NCBI GenBank assembly: GCA_951812315.1
Contig: CATOSA010000017.1
Span: 16,666-80,665 of the forward strand
Reading direction: 5' to 3'
Origin: an uncultured Burkholderiales bacterium
GTDB taxonomy: Bacteria; Pseudomonadota; Gammaproteobacteria; Burkholderiales; Eutrophovitaceae
DNA: 64,000 bases
Shown piece after piece: positions 29,713 to 41,051 of the stretch. Each line of letters opens with the position of its first letter. Position 1 is the stretch's first letter. The notes beneath the pieces were generated by a model. The model saw only the letters and a program-made list of their open reading frames with translations, searched no databases and was not told the origin of the DNA. Position numbers and translations under genes: made by a program.

Positions 29713-31796
29713 CGCACAGGCGTCAGGACGTAGCTCGTGCGCGGTTCAACCACAAGCTTGTCCAGTGTGCCCGCTGGAGCGTGCCCGCTTGCGAGCACGC
29801 AACGCCAGCCGCTCGCGATGGCGCCATCGGGCAGCACAAATTCGAGCGCCTGTTCGCCAGCATTCAGGATCACAAGAATGATGTCTTCCTCAGCACGCAG
29901 ATGTCCGACCGGAACGAATTCTGCGAGGAGCATACCGACACAGCGACGCCCATCATCGTGCCAGTCGTCTTCGTTCATCGTCATGCCGTCCTCGCGCAAC
30001 CACTCGATGTCGGCAAAATCGTTCAGCGGAGTGCGCTCGGTGCCATGCGCAAAGCGTTGCCGCCGCAACACCGGATGGCTTGCCCGCAACGCGATCAGAT
30101 CGCATACAAAGGCAAGAAACCCGCTCTCCGCTTCGAGACCGGCCCAGTCGAACCAGCTGATTTCGTTGTCCTGGCAATAGGCGTTGTTGTTGCCACGTTG
30201 GGTGCGACCGACTTCGTCACCAGCGAGTAGCATCGGCGTGCCCTGGGACAGGAATACGCTGGCAAGCAAGTTGCGCCGCTGCCGTTCGCGTAAAGCCTGG
30301 ACTACGGAATCAGAGCTCGGACCTTCCACACCATAGTTGGCACTGAGATTTTCCCCGTGACCATCACGGTTATCCTCGCCATTGGCGTCGTTGTGCCGTT
30401 GGGCATAACTGACCAGATCGCTCAGTGTGAAACCGTCATGACTGGTAACGAAGTTGACGCTCGCCCAGGGGCCGCGCGCGGGGTGTCCGAACAAATCGCC
30501 GGAGCCATGCAGCCGGCGCCCGAATTCAGGCAATACACCGGCGTCGCCACGCCAGAATCCACGCACGCAATCGCGAAAACGGTCGTTCCATTCAGCCCAC
30601 TCGGGAGGAAAGCCGCCGAGGCGATAGCCGTCCGGTCCGAGGTCCCACGGCTCGGCAATGAGTTTGCGGCTTGCGAGCAACGGGTCAGCGGCAACCGCTC
30701 GTAGGAACGGCGCGTCAACGTCGAACGCCTCTTCCGAGCGCGCCAGCGTCACCGCGAGGTCGAAGCGAAAACCGTCGACCTCCATCTCCTCCGCCCAATA
30801 GCGCAAACTGTCCAGCGCCAGCGCGATCACCCGCGGATGATCGAAATCGAGCGTGTTGCCGCAGCCGGTGTAGTCGATGTAATCGCGCGGATTGTCCGGC
30901 TGCAGGCGGTAGTAGCTCGCATTGTCGATGCCGCGGAAACTCAGTGTCGGACCGGTCCGGTTGCCTTCAGCGGTATGGTTGTAAACCACGTCGAGGATTA
31001 CTTCGATACCGGCCTCGTGCAATGCACGCACCATGTGCCTGAATGACGCCAGACCGCCGCCACCAAGGTAGCGCGTGTGCGGCGCGAAATAGTTGATCGT
31101 GCTGTATCCCCAGTAGTTGCGCAGACCTTGCCGCACCAGAAAATGATCATCCGCAAATGCCTGCACCGGCAGTAACTCGACGCTGGTGATGCCCAGCGCC
31201 TTGAGATAATCAACAACGCACTTCTGGCTTAGGCCTTCGAAGGTGCCGCGCATTTCCGGCGGCAGTTCGGGGTGGCGCATCGTAAAACCGCGCACGTGGG
31301 TTTCGTAGATGACGGTATCGTTCCACGGTACCGCTGGGTTGTGAACTCCAGGTCGTTCTCCTGCTGATCCAACCACGACTCCCTTGGGCACACCGGGGGC
31401 GCTGTCCCGCGTATCAAAGCTCAAGTCTTCGCGCTCGTCTCCCAGGCAGAATCCGTAGCTCGCGTCAGACCAGACCAGATCGCCAGCGAGCAAGTGTGCG
31501 TAGGGGTCAATCAGAAGCTTGTTCGCATTGAAGCGATGCCCGGACTCAGGCGCGTACGGTCCATGAACCCGGTAGCCATATTTCTGCCCTGCATGCAGTC
31601 CGGGCAGGAAACCATGCCACACACCATCGCTGCACTCCGGCAGAGCAAATCGCCCGATTTCGTGCAAACCCGATTCGTCGAACAGGCACAACTCCACGCG
31701 CTCGGCGTGCGCCGAGTAGATGGCGAAATTAACGCCATCGTCCCGGCAGGTCGCACCAAGCGGCGCGGGTGTGCCCGCACGCATCGATTCAGCCAT
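29709..31796 (-). CDS. glgX: glycogen debranching enzyme
   Basis: 695 aa, GH13 (VILDVVYNHT, GFRFDLA, AEPWD, FVTSHDGFTL). Confidence 0.92.
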   Translation of the reverse strand: MAESMRAGTPAPLGATCRDDGVNFAIYSAHAERVELCLFDESGLHEIGRFALPECSDGVWHGFLPGLHAGQKYGYRVHGPYAPESGHRFNANKLLIDPYAHLLAGDLVWSDASYGFCLGDEREDLSFDTRDSAPGVPKGVVVGSAGERPGVHNPAVPWNDTVIYETHVRGFTMRHPELPPEMRGTFEGLSQKCVVDYLKALGITSVELLPVQAFADDHFLVRQGLRNYWGYSTINYFAPHTRYLGGGGLASFRHMVRALHEAGIEVILDVVYNHTAEGNRTGPTLSFRGIDNASYYRLQPDNPRDYIDYTGCGNTLDFDHPRVIALALDSLRYWAEEMEVDGFRFDLAVTLARSEEAFDVDAPFLRAVAADPLLASRKLIAEPWDLGPDGYRLGGFPPEWAEWNDRFRDCVRGFWRGDAGVLPEFGRRLHGSGDLFGHPARGPWASVNFVTSHDGFTLSDLVSYAQRHNDANGEDNRDGHGENLSANYGVEGPSSDSVVQALRERQRRNLLASVFLSQGTPMLLAGDEVGRTQRGNNNAYCQDNEISWFDWAGLEAESGFLAFVCDLIALRASHPVLRRQRFAHGTERTPLNDFADIEWLREDGMTMNEDDWHDDGRRCVGMLLAEFVPVGHLRAEEDIILVILNAGEQALEFVLPDGAIASGWRCVLASGHAPAGTLDKLVVEPRTSYVLTPVR

Positions 31797-31820
31797 GCTT
31801 CGATCCAGCCATGTCCCGGT

Positions 31821-34349
31821 TCAAGCTTGCTTCGTTACTGGCATAGCCGGTTGTGCATCTGACAGATTCGGGTGCACCGGCTGCAGGTTCCAGATCTCTT
31901 CGTTGTATTCGCTAATGGTGCGATCACTGGAAAACCGGCCGCTGGCGGCGCTGTTGAGGATGCTCATACGCAACCAGCGATCGCGATCCCGGTAAGCCGC
32001 AGCCGCATCACGCTGTGCTTCGACGAATCCATCGAAATCGGCAGCGGTCATCCACGGATCGTCAGGGCTGGTCAGTGCGTTAATTAACGGATCGAAAATG
32101 CCGGGCTCGAACTGGTTGAAGTGTCCGCCCGTCACGAGACCCATGACTTCACGAAGATCTGTGCTCGCAGCAATGATTGCCTCGGGGTCGTAATCACCGC
32201 GCAGCGCTTCCACGTCATCTGCGTCGAGGCCAAACAGGAAGAAATTCCCGGCACCGACCGCCTCGAGGATCTCGATATTGGCACCGTCACGCGTGCCGAT
32301 GGTCAGCGCCCCGTTCATCATCAGTTTCATGTTGCCGGTCCCGGACGCCTCTTTGCCGGCGGTCGAAATCTGCTCGGAAAGATCGGCCGCCGGACAAATC
32401 ACTTCCATTGCACTCACGCAATAATCCGGAAAGAAAACTAGTTGCAGTCGGCCCGACGTATCCGGATCGGAGTTGATCACTTTGGCGACATTGTTCACCA
32501 GCTTGATAATAAGTTTCGCTTGCGCATACCCGGGTGCTGCCTTACCGCCAATGAGAACGCAACGCGGTGTCCACTCGCTGCAATCGCCGCGCTTGATCCG
32601 GCAGTAGAGATGAATCACATGAAGCACGTTCAGTAACTGCCGCTTGTATTCATGGATGCGCTTGACCTGGATGTCGAACAGAGCATCGGGATCAAACACC
32701 ACGCCGCACTCGCGTTCCACCAGTGCGGCCAGCCGGCGTTTGTTGTCCAGCTTTACTGCCGCCCATTGCTCACGAAACGCGGAATTGTCGGCATGCCCGG
32801 CAAGATCGCGCAGATGCGTCAGATCGGTTTGCCATCCATCGCCAATGGTTTCAGTGATCAGACCGGTAAAGCCCGGATTGCATACCACCAGCCAACGCCG
32901 TGGCGTAACGCCATTGGTCTTGTTGTTGAATTTGTCCGGCCAAATTTCGTAGAAGTCGCGGAACAGGCCGCGCGTCAACAACTGAGAATGAAGCGCCGCG
33001 ACACCATTGACCGAGAAGCTGCCGACGATCGCGAGATATGCCATGCGCACCATCGGCTCGCCGCCTTCTTCGATGATCGACATTCGGCGCAGTCGAGCGG
33101 TATCGCCCGGCGACGCCTGCGCCACCGATGCCAGAAAACGCGCGTTGATCTCGTAGATGATCTCGAGCACACGCGGCAGCAGTCTCTCGAACAACTTCAC
33201 CGGCCAACGTTCGAGCGCTTCGGGCAGCAGTGTGTGGTTGGTATAGGCCATTGTGCGCGTGACGATCGACCACGCCGCGTCCCACTGCAGATCGTGTTCA
33301 TCGATGAGCAGGCGCATCAATTCGGGTACCGCGATCGCCGGGTGCGTATCGTTAAGCTGGAAGCAATGCTTGTCGGCAAACTGTGACAAATCGCCGTCAT
33401 GTATGCGATGCCATTGGCGCAAGGTATCCTTCAGACTGGCGGAAGCGAGGAAATATTGCTGACGCAGCCGAAGCTCGCGTCCGTTCTCACTGGCGTCGTT
33501 GGGGTACAACACAAGTGTGATGTTTTCGACCGCATTCTTTGCGGCCACCGCTTCCGGGTAGCTCCCGGCATTGAACTCGTCGAGATTGAATGCGCCGGTG
33601 CCTTCCGACGCCCACAGGCGCAGGGTGTTGACGGTATTGTTGTGATAGCCGGGTACCGGAATATCGTACGGCATTGCAAGCACATCGTCGGTGTCGACCC
33701 AGCGTACCCGCTGGCGGCCGTCCACACCGCGAAAGAACTCGGTATGCCCTCCGAAATGAATGCGTTGTGCAAACTCGCGGCGTTCGAGTTCCCAGGGATG
33801 ACCGTCGTTTAACCAGTGATCGGGGCACTCAACCTGGCGCCCGTCCTCAATGCGCTGGCGGAACATGCCGTATTGATATCGTATACCGTAGCCAATGACA
33901 GGTAGCCCGAGGCTTGCGCAACTGTCAAGAAAGCACGCCGCAAGGCGGCCAAGACCGCCGTTGCCGAGACCGGCATCGTGCTCAGCCTCTTCGACGTTTT
34001 CCAGTGAAAGACCGAGGGCCTCCAGCGCAGCATGCGCCTCATCGTCGACATCGAGATTGACCAGTGCGTTGCGCAACGAACGGCCGAGCAAATACTCAAG
34101 TGACAGGTAACAGGTGCGCCGACTGTTTTGTTGTTCATAGGCGCGCATGGTCGCGTTCCAGCGTTCGTTGAGCCGATCGCGGATCGTCAGCGCAAATGCG
34201 GGAAACAGGTAATCGCCAGACGTCTCGAAATGGTCGCGGCCGAGCGTATGACTGAAATAGCGCAGAAAATCCTGCGACAGCGAGGCGGCGTCCAGGCCGG
34301 CCGGTGCCACTTGTTGCGCCAGATGATATAGTTTCAGGTTTGTGCTCAT
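31821..34349 (-). CDS. glgP: glycogen/maltodextrin phosphorylase
   Basis: 842 aa, GT35. The pyridoxal-phosphate site EASGTGNMKLMMNGAL is present. Confidence 0.95.
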   Translation of the reverse strand: MSTNLKLYHLAQQVAPAGLDAASLSQDFLRYFSHTLGRDHFETSGDYLFPAFALTIRDRLNERWNATMRAYEQQNSRRTCYLSLEYLLGRSLRNALVNLDVDDEAHAALEALGLSLENVEEAEHDAGLGNGGLGRLAACFLDSCASLGLPVIGYGIRYQYGMFRQRIEDGRQVECPDHWLNDGHPWELERREFAQRIHFGGHTEFFRGVDGRQRVRWVDTDDVLAMPYDIPVPGYHNNTVNTLRLWASEGTGAFNLDEFNAGSYPEAVAAKNAVENITLVLYPNDASENGRELRLRQQYFLASASLKDTLRQWHRIHDGDLSQFADKHCFQLNDTHPAIAVPELMRLLIDEHDLQWDAAWSIVTRTMAYTNHTLLPEALERWPVKLFERLLPRVLEIIYEINARFLASVAQASPGDTARLRRMSIIEEGGEPMVRMAYLAIVGSFSVNGVAALHSQLLTRGLFRDFYEIWPDKFNNKTNGVTPRRWLVVCNPGFTGLITETIGDGWQTDLTHLRDLAGHADNSAFREQWAAVKLDNKRRLAALVERECGVVFDPDALFDIQVKRIHEYKRQLLNVLHVIHLYCRIKRGDCSEWTPRCVLIGGKAAPGYAQAKLIIKLVNNVAKVINSDPDTSGRLQLVFFPDYCVSAMEVICPAADLSEQISTAGKEASGTGNMKLMMNGALTIGTRDGANIEILEAVGAGNFFLFGLDADDVEALRGDYDPEAIIAASTDLREVMGLVTGGHFNQFEPGIFDPLINALTSPDDPWMTAADFDGFVEAQRDAAAAYRDRDRWLRMSILNSAASGRFSSDRTISEYNEEIWNLQPVHPNLSDAQPAMPVTKQA

Positions 34350-36634
34350 GCGTTCATATTCTCGTTGTCGGGGACAAGCAATAGCGCGGCCAGCGGCGGA
34401 AGGGTCACTCGGATTGAATCGGGCCGGTCATGCGCTGCGACGGATTCGGTCGATACCGCGCCCGGGTTGCCCACCCCGCTTCCGCCATAGATTTTTGCGT
34501 CGCTGTTGAGCAGTTCCAGGTAGCGGCCCGCGCATGGCACGCCGATACGATAATCGTAGCGTGCCAGCGGCGTGAAGTTACACACCACGAGCAGATGATC
34601 GCGTGTATCAGTCGCCAGCCTCAGAAACGCGATGACGCTGTTTTCCGCGTCGGAGCAGTCAATCCACGCAAACCCGGCCGCATCGCAATCGCGCTGATGC
34701 AGCGCTGCACGTTGCGTGTACGCCCTGTTCAAATCACGCACCAGAGCCTGGATACCACCGTGGGCGGGTTGCTCGAGCAATTCCCAGCCGAGCGAGTGGT
34801 CAAAATCCCATTCGCGCTCCTGCGCGAACTCACCGCCCATGAACATCAGCTTCTTGCCGGGGTAGGCGTACATGAACGCGTACAGCAGGCGCAGGTTGGC
34901 AAAGCGTTGCCACGCATCGCCGGGCATCTTTCCGAGCAATGAACCTTTGCCGTGGACCACTTCGTCATGCGAGAGCGGCAGTACGAAATTTTCAGAAAAT
35001 GCGTAAAGCAGTCCGAAAGTCAGACTTTCCTGGTGGTAGCGCCGGTGCACCGGGTCCTGTTGCATATAACCGAGGGTGTCGTGCATCCACCCCATATTCC
35101 ACTTGTAGGTGTAACCCAGGCCGCCGACGTAGGTTGGTCGAGAGACCATCGGCCACGCTGTCGATTCTTCCGCCATGGTTACCGCACCGCGCGCATGCAC
35201 GGCTTCATTCAAGCGGCGCATGAAGGCGATGGCATCGAGATTTTCGTTTCCACCGTACTTGTTGGGCAGCCACTCACCAGCTTCGCGCGAGTAATCAAGG
35301 TAGAGCATCGACGCGACCGCGTCCACGCGCAACGCGTCGATGTGGTACTCCTCGACCCACCACAAGGCGCTGGCAACGAGGTAGTTGACCACTTCCGGGC
35401 GCGCAAAATCAAACACCAACGTTCCCCAGTCGCGGTGCTCGGCCATGCGCGGGTCGGCGTATTCATAGAGAGGCGTGCCGTCGAAGCGCGCCAATCCGTG
35501 CTCGTCGCGCGGAAAATGTGCCGGCACCCAGTCGACAATCACGCCCAGACCGGCGGCGTGACAGGCATCGACAAAATACTTGAAATCGTCCGGAGTACCG
35601 TATCGCCAGGTCGGCGCAAACAGGCCAATCGGCTGGTAGCCCCAGGAGCCATCAAACGGATGCTCGGTTACCGGCATCAGTTCAATGTGCGTAAATCCCA
35701 TGTCGCATGCATAAGCGACGAGATCCACAGCCAGTTCGCGATAATTCAGGCGCTGACCCGCGCGTCCAGCACCGGACTGGTGTCGCCACGAGCCGGGGTG
35801 CACCTCGTAAATCGCCAGCGGCCGATCCAGCCCACAGTGTTGTGGGCGCTGCGCCATCCACGCGTTATCACGCCAGTCGTGCGAACTTTCGTATACGATC
35901 GACGCGTTGCCGGGCGGGGGTTCCATGCAGCGCGCAAGTGGATCGGACTTCAGTGGCAGTAGCGTGCCGTCCGCGCCAAGCAGTTCGAATTTATACATTT
36001 CACCATCGGCCAGCCCGGGCACGAACAAGTCCCATATACCGTTGGCCGGGTGCAAACGCATCGGGTGACGCCGCCCGTCCCACTGATTGAACTGCCCCAC
36101 CACGCTCACTCTTCGCGCCGCTGGTGCCCATACGGCAAACTGCACACCGGATACCCCGTCAAAAATGGCCGGGCGGGCGCCGAGCAACTGGTACAAGTGT
36201 TCGTGGCGACCCTCACCGATCAGATGCCGGTCGAGTTCACCGATCACAGAACCAAACCGATACGGATCGTCGATATCACTCACGCCATCGCCAGCGAACA
36301 CCCTGAGACGATAGCGCTGCACAGGTAACGATAGACGCAATTCGAACAAACCCCGTGCCGCCAGCGGCCGTGCCGCGCCAAGGATCTCACCGTCCACGGT
36401 AATGACGTCGACGCGGTCGGCCTGTGGCTGAAAACAACGCACCACCCAGGTCTTGCGCGCAGCATGCGGCCCGAGAACCGCGAACGGATTACTGTGTTCG
36501 CCCTGTGCCAACGCTTCGCATTGCTCGTTGAGGGTCACGGCCGCGCCCCCGCCAGAGAACGAAATTGCGTCATCGTGTCCTGCGATGCATCCGGCTTGTA
36601 GTGCTGTAGCCGCAACAACGGCGGCGCACGGCAC
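34346..36634 (-). CDS. glgB: 1,4-alpha-glucan branching enzyme
   Basis: 762 aa, GH13 (GVIVDWVPAHF, ALRVDAVASMLY, AEESTAWP, LPLSHDEVVHGK). The exact start is uncertain. Confidence 0.93.
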   Translation of the reverse strand: MPCAAVVAATALQAGCIAGHDDAISFSGGGAAVTLNEQCEALAQGEHSNPFAVLGPHAARKTWVVRCFQPQADRVDVITVDGEILGAARPLAARGLFELRLSLPVQRYRLRVFAGDGVSDIDDPYRFGSVIGELDRHLIGEGRHEHLYQLLGARPAIFDGVSGVQFAVWAPAARRVSVVGQFNQWDGRRHPMRLHPANGIWDLFVPGLADGEMYKFELLGADGTLLPLKSDPLARCMEPPPGNASIVYESSHDWRDNAWMAQRPQHCGLDRPLAIYEVHPGSWRHQSGAGRAGQRLNYRELAVDLVAYACDMGFTHIELMPVTEHPFDGSWGYQPIGLFAPTWRYGTPDDFKYFVDACHAAGLGVIVDWVPAHFPRDEHGLARFDGTPLYEYADPRMAEHRDWGTLVFDFARPEVVNYLVASALWWVEEYHIDALRVDAVASMLYLDYSREAGEWLPNKYGGNENLDAIAFMRRLNEAVHARGAVTMAEESTAWPMVSRPTYVGGLGYTYKWNMGWMHDTLGYMQQDPVHRRYHQESLTFGLLYAFSENFVLPLSHDEVVHGKGSLLGKMPGDAWQRFANLRLLYAFMYAYPGKKLMFMGGEFAQEREWDFDHSLGWELLEQPAHGGIQALVRDLNRAYTQRAALHQRDCDAAGFAWIDCSDAENSVIAFLRLATDTRDHLLVVCNFTPLARYDYRIGVPCAGRYLELLNSDAKIYGGSGVGNPGAVSTESVAAHDRPDSIRVTLPPLAALLLVPDNENMNA

Positions 36635-36759
36635 GTTCCGCCGGCAAAGCCTTGCTCGCCCCCGATTCGCGCGTCGATATCGTCAACTATGCTCCTTCTT
36701 CGTCGAATATTTCAATCAAACCGCTGTTTCGCTTTCTGATATCCGGGTCCTGTCGACAG

Positions 36760-38325
36760 CTAGTCCGGCTGGTAAAGCAACTTGATGCACGCTTCGGCGC
36801 TCGCGCGCCACCGGAAGCGGGCGCGGGCCGCAGCCTTGCGCATGGCGCCCCAGCGCCGCGGATGATTGACGCGCAGTACAAACGCGTCGCCCAACGCAGT
36901 CACCAGACCGTCGGTTTGTTCGATCAGCGAGTTACCGTTGAAACCGAATCCAGTGGCGCCGGGTTTGACGGTGTCCCTGAGGCCACCGACCTGGTGCACC
37001 AGGCACGATTGCCCGGCGCGCATTGCAAGCATCTGGCTAATACCGCAGGGTTCGAACGAACTCGGCATCAGGAACAAATCACCAGCGCCATACAAGGCCT
37101 GCGCCAACCTGTCAGAATATCCGCACAGGAATAACAGATTGCGGCGCCGCACAGAAGTCTCGGCAAGAAATTTCTCCAGGGCGGGATCGCCGCTACCGAG
37201 AATCACCAACAGGCCGTCGTCGCCAACAGCATCGAGTACCCCTTCGAGCGCCGGGCGGCCATCGCTGGCTGATTCCTGCAGCAAGCGCACTTTCTGCGAC
37301 GTGATGCGTCCGACGCTGGTCACTAATGTCGCCGGACGTGTCGCGGCCAACTCGCCCAGCCGCGCATGCGCAACAATTTGTGTGCCGACGACTTGTGCGC
37401 TTGTAGCGATCCAACGCAGATTCTCCGTGCGCATCAGTTCGAGTAGCCCATTCCAGTCGGGAGCCGCTGACAGTTCCGAAGGGTATTCGCAGCCATTCAG
37501 AATTCCATGCAAACGCCCTTGTGCATGCGCCGAAACCAGATCGGCTTCGAGGCCCTCTCCGCCGTAGTATGCAGCACTGGACACTGCACTCGGTTTCAGA
37601 ATCTCGCTGCAATAAGATGGTGAGACCGCGTGCACCGCATCGGCCATGCGGATACCGACCGCCATCAGATTGATACAGTCAGGCCAACGTGGATCAACGA
37701 CCTGCGCTTTCTGGTAGCGCAGCCCTGGGAACCACGATTCCAACGCGGACACATCACCACGCAATGGCCGTATGCCTTGCAGCGACAAATTGTGCAATGT
37801 GTAAACGCTGCGCATCGCCCGAAGCTTGCGATAGGCCGGGTGGAAGCGGCGCAGCACGAGCAGCAAGGCCGCGTGCCAGTCATGCAGATGCAGCACATCG
37901 ATTTTGCCGAGACTACCCTGTACCAGTGCCTCGGCGACTGAGACCGCAAACAGCGCAAACTTCGATGCGTCGGTGGCAAACGGGCTCTCGGGAGGATCAT
38001 CACAGTAAATCACGCCGCGACCGCACGGACTGAACGCAACATGCTCGAGCACCAGTTGGCGAACCTGCGGGTGCGCATTCGGAGCGGTGACCTCGAACAG
38101 TTCAACGTGTTGGCTCTCGCCCCGAAAAACAACGTCGAGTTTTGCGACACGACGCTTTTCGGGAAAGTCGCCGAGCCGGCCGTAGCCGGGTGTAATCACG
38201 CTTACGGCACAGTCCAACTCTGCAAGTGCCGGCGGCAAATCGCGCAATACATCACCGATGCCGCCAACTTTTCCACCCGGCAGAGCATCGTTCTCCGCCG
38301 CGACCATCAATACATGCATCAGCAT
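36760..38325 (-). CDS. glgA: glycogen synthase
   Basis: 521 aa. N-terminal VAAENDALPGGKVGGIGDV, and C-terminal LMPSSFEPCGISQM, typical of GT5 glycogen synthases. Confidence 0.88.
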   Translation of the reverse strand: MLMHVLMVAAENDALPGGKVGGIGDVLRDLPPALAELDCAVSVITPGYGRLGDFPEKRRVAKLDVVFRGESQHVELFEVTAPNAHPQVRQLVLEHVAFSPCGRGVIYCDDPPESPFATDASKFALFAVSVAEALVQGSLGKIDVLHLHDWHAALLLVLRRFHPAYRKLRAMRSVYTLHNLSLQGIRPLRGDVSALESWFPGLRYQKAQVVDPRWPDCINLMAVGIRMADAVHAVSPSYCSEILKPSAVSSAAYYGGEGLEADLVSAHAQGRLHGILNGCEYPSELSAAPDWNGLLELMRTENLRWIATSAQVVGTQIVAHARLGELAATRPATLVTSVGRITSQKVRLLQESASDGRPALEGVLDAVGDDGLLVILGSGDPALEKFLAETSVRRRNLLFLCGYSDRLAQALYGAGDLFLMPSSFEPCGISQMLAMRAGQSCLVHQVGGLRDTVKPGATGFGFNGNSLIEQTDGLVTALGDAFVLRVNHPRRWGAMRKAAARARFRWRASAEACIKLLYQPD

Positions 38326-39609
38326 TCAGCGAGTGTGGTGCAGCGTTTGGCCAAGCATGTCAGGCGTAACCAAGACCACTCCGCCGGGCGTGACGCGAAA
38401 TCCGCGAGCACGATCGGCATCGTGATCGCGACCGATGACCGTGCCGGCGTCAATGTTGCAACCGCGATCCAGGATCGCCTGGTGAATATCACTGCCCGGT
38501 CCAACCCTCACGTCGGGCAGGACCACGCTGTTACTCAGCCGAGTGCGCGCCTCGAGGCGCACGTCCGAGAACAACAGCGACTTGTGCACATCCGCCCCCG
38601 AAATCACGCACCCGCCAGAGACCATCGAGTCTATAGCCTTGCCGCGACGGCCATCGTCGTCATTGAACACGAATTTGGCCGGAGGCAATTGCGCCTGATC
38701 GGTAAGGATCGGCCATTCGTGGTCGTAAAGATTCAGTTCCGGAACAACCTCAACGAGTTCCATATTGGCACTCCAGAACGAATCCAGCGTGCCCACATCG
38801 CGCCAGTAAGCGCGGCTACCGTCGGCTTCACGAAAACGGTACGCCTGAACTCGATAACGCGGCACACAGTAGGGAATGATGTCTCCTCCGAAATCGTGGC
38901 GCGACGCGGGGTCGTCGGCATCTGCGATCAGACGCTCGTAGAGAAACCCGGTGTTGAAGATGTAGATTCCCATGGAGGCCAGGCAGGTATCAGAATCCTC
39001 GGGAATGGGCGTCGGTTTTTCCGGTTTCTCTTCGAATCTGCTGATTCGGCCGTCGGGATCAATCACCGCAACACCGTAGGCCTTGGCCGCCTCCGTCACC
39101 GGAACCTCGATACAACCGACGGTAACGTCCGCGTCCCGGCTCACATGTTCGGCCAGCATCAGGCCGTAATCCATCTTGTATACGTGATCGCCGCCGAGCA
39201 CGACCACATAGTCGGGTTGATGGGTACGGATAATGTCGAGATTCTGGTAGACCGCATCCGCGGTGCCCCGATACCAGTCGGCGTCGACGCGCTGCGAGGC
39301 CGGTAGAATTTCGAGGAACTCACCGAGTTCACTGCGCAAATTGCTCCAGCCGCGAACCAGGTGGCGAATCAACGAGTGCGCCTTGTACTGCGTCGGAACG
39401 CCGATACGCCGGATTCCCGAATTTACGCAATTGGACAGCGCGAAGTCTATGATGCGGAATTTGCCGCCGAACGGCACCGCCGGCTTGGCTCGCCATGCAG
39501 TCAATTCGTGAAGTCTTGAGCCGCGACCGCCGGCAAGCACCAGCGCCAGCGCATGGCGTGTAAGGCGGCTGACGAATCTGGCATCATCCGCGGGATGTGT
39601 ACTATTCAT
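38326..39609 (-). CDS. glgC: glucose-1-phosphate adenylyltransferase
   Basis: Start at MNSTHPADD. Motifs [20 protein letters not shown] and YWRDVGT. Its stop abuts the glgA ATG. Confidence 0.95.
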   Translation of the reverse strand: MNSTHPADDARFVSRLTRHALALVLAGGRGSRLHELTAWRAKPAVPFGGKFRIIDFALSNCVNSGIRRIGVPTQYKAHSLIRHLVRGWSNLRSELGEFLEILPASQRVDADWYRGTADAVYQNLDIIRTHQPDYVVVLGGDHVYKMDYGLMLAEHVSRDADVTVGCIEVPVTEAAKAYGVAVIDPDGRISRFEEKPEKPTPIPEDSDTCLASMGIYIFNTGFLYERLIADADDPASRHDFGGDIIPYCVPRYRVQAYRFREADGSRAYWRDVGTLDSFWSANMELVEVVPELNLYDHEWPILTDQAQLPPAKFVFNDDDGRRGKAIDSMVSGGCVISGADVHKSLLFSDVRLEARTRLSNSVVLPDVRVGPGSDIHQAILDRGCNIDAGTVIGRDHDADRARGFRVTPGGVVLVTPDMLGQTLHHTR

Positions 39610-39978
39610 TTTGTGTTCTGCCTTGCAACTTCGTGTCGCGCCGCGTAGCGCCGCGCAACCGTGTGTAGCGCGGCGCAATTTGCGCAACCATAGAAATGGA
39701 TGACCGGGATTGAGTATAAAGGTAATTCACTGCGCGTCGCCCGATGTGCCGGTACACGCGAGGTGGACGGCAATAGATACGTCTGCCCACGAGGGACTCG
39801 CTGCGCGCCTCAACTCGCGGCGATTGGCTGCTCTTGGCGATCATCACGCGATCGATTCCGGGTAGACGGCCGTCAGCGCCGGTTTGCATTGCTGCCGACG
39901 ACGTAAGCGACACATCTCGCGTTCAATCTTCCCGCGTTGACCCCATCAAACCTGCCATGGTTTAATGCGCGCCGCTCG

Positions 39979-40053
39979 GGGTGGTTAGCTCAGTGGTAGA
40001 GCACTGCCTTCACACGGCAGGGGTCACTGGTTCGAACCCAGTACCACCCACCA
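39979..40053 (+). tRNA. tRNA-Val (anticodon CAC)
   Basis: GGGTGGTTAGCTCAGTGGTAGAGCACTGCCTTCACACGGCAGGGGTCACTGGTTCGAACCCAGTACCACCCACCA. The acceptor stem GGGTGGT/ACCACCC pairs, the anticodon loop is UUCACAC, and CCA is encoded. Confidence 0.9.
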
Positions 40054-40491
40054 AAAATCAAGCACTTATATATCCCCGCCTTCGAACGTACGCGAACGTA
40101 CGTAACATGTACGTAAACAAGCCCTCTCCCGGTACGCGTTTCAGCGCTTCCGGTTTGTGTCCTGATGCGCTGCTTCATGACTGCCCCGCCCCGATCGTCA
40201 AGCGCGGCTTTTGCGCCAGGCACGACACCGGTTCCCGCGCCGAAACCGCATAGGATCCCTGCCCAACACATCCGCCGGAGTCTATCGCAGCGATTACCTG
40301 TTTTTCTCGGCAAACGTGCTGAAATCGAGTACAGCCCGCCAGGGACCGCAACACCGCACATCCGTAGTCATCGCAAACCAGCGATAAACTGCACTGCGTG
40401 ATCGCCATGCCTGCAGCTCTCTCATCCAAATCACTCGATTTTCGATTCTGATTGCGAACTGGTTATATCCACAGTACTCTTTGACAATTAC

Positions 40492-40710
40492 ATGTGGAGG
40501 AAAATCATCTATGCGAGGCGGAGGATGCACCAAGAAGGACAATGCCTTGCGACGAAATACCGGAAGATGTCCAGGACACTCGTTGCCATTGATAAGTCAG
40601 TGCGAATGTTGGACGACCACGTGCTCATCTCGGAATTCGGCTGGAAACAGTTGCGGGCGGCACGCGCAAAACTTGTCGTGCGGCATAACGTCATTGACAA
40701 AAGCAAGTAA
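40492..40710 (+). CDS. orphan hypothetical protein (72 aa or shorter)
   Basis: This frame has the highest third-position GC of the overlapping frames (judged by eye). No family recognised, and the start is uncertain. Confidence 0.3.
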   Translation: MWRKIIYARRRMHQEGQCLATKYRKMSRTLVAIDKSVRMLDDHVLISEFGWKQLRAARAKLVVRHNVIDKSK

Positions 40711-40745
40711 TAGCTGAGGCCGGTTGCTTATTCTGTGCATGACAA

Positions 40746-41051
40746 ATGCGTTTCAACGTCCGTCCACTACGTCGCAAAGGCCGCAGAATTCCCTGGCGTG
40801 AAGTACAGAATGGCCCTTCCTATTGCGGCGATCTGATTACGCACGTGCGCGAAATCAAGGGAGAACTGCTGGTGGTCGCAACGTTGCGAAATCCCGTCTC
40901 GCCAATGACCGGGCAACTTCTTCCGGAATTGCATCAACCAGCGCTGGTGTGGGTTACGCCACTTGCACTTCGATTGCGAGGCTTTGAACGCAGCGAAGAC
41001 TCACAGGGCACGCTCAGCGTCGTTCAGGAATGGCATTGTGAGTCCCAGTAA
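40746..41051 (+). CDS. orphan hypothetical protein (101 aa)
   Basis: Clean ORF 36 nt downstream of the previous one. Basic N-terminus. No family recognised. Confidence 0.35.
   Translation: MRFNVRPLRRKGRRIPWREVQNGPSYCGDLITHVREIKGELLVVATLRNPVSPMTGQLLPELHQPALVWVTPLALRLRGFERSEDSQGTLSVVQEWHCESQ

Noticed and set aside
39990-40361. 123-aa minus-strand ORF and 90-aa plus-strand ORF overlapping tRNA-Val.
   Set aside because: They overlap a well-formed tRNA gene and have no coding features.
40054-40440. Search for an integrase relic or a direct repeat of the tRNA-Val 3' end marking island boundaries.
   Set aside because: No frame gives integrase-like motifs (no R..HxxR..Y pattern). I found no copy of the tRNA 3' segment between 40.1 and 43.2 kb by eye.
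40511-40717. 68-aa Cys/Ser/Thr-rich ORF (MRGGGCTKKDNALRRNTGRCPGH...QCECWTTTC...) preceded by a good GGAGG 8 nt upstream. It looked briefly like a RiPP/lanthipeptide precursor.
   Set aside because: No modification, transport or immunity genes are nearby. Third-position GC looks lower than in the overlapping 40492 frame. The composition is what an off-frame read of GC-rich DNA gives. Kept only as a remote possibility.
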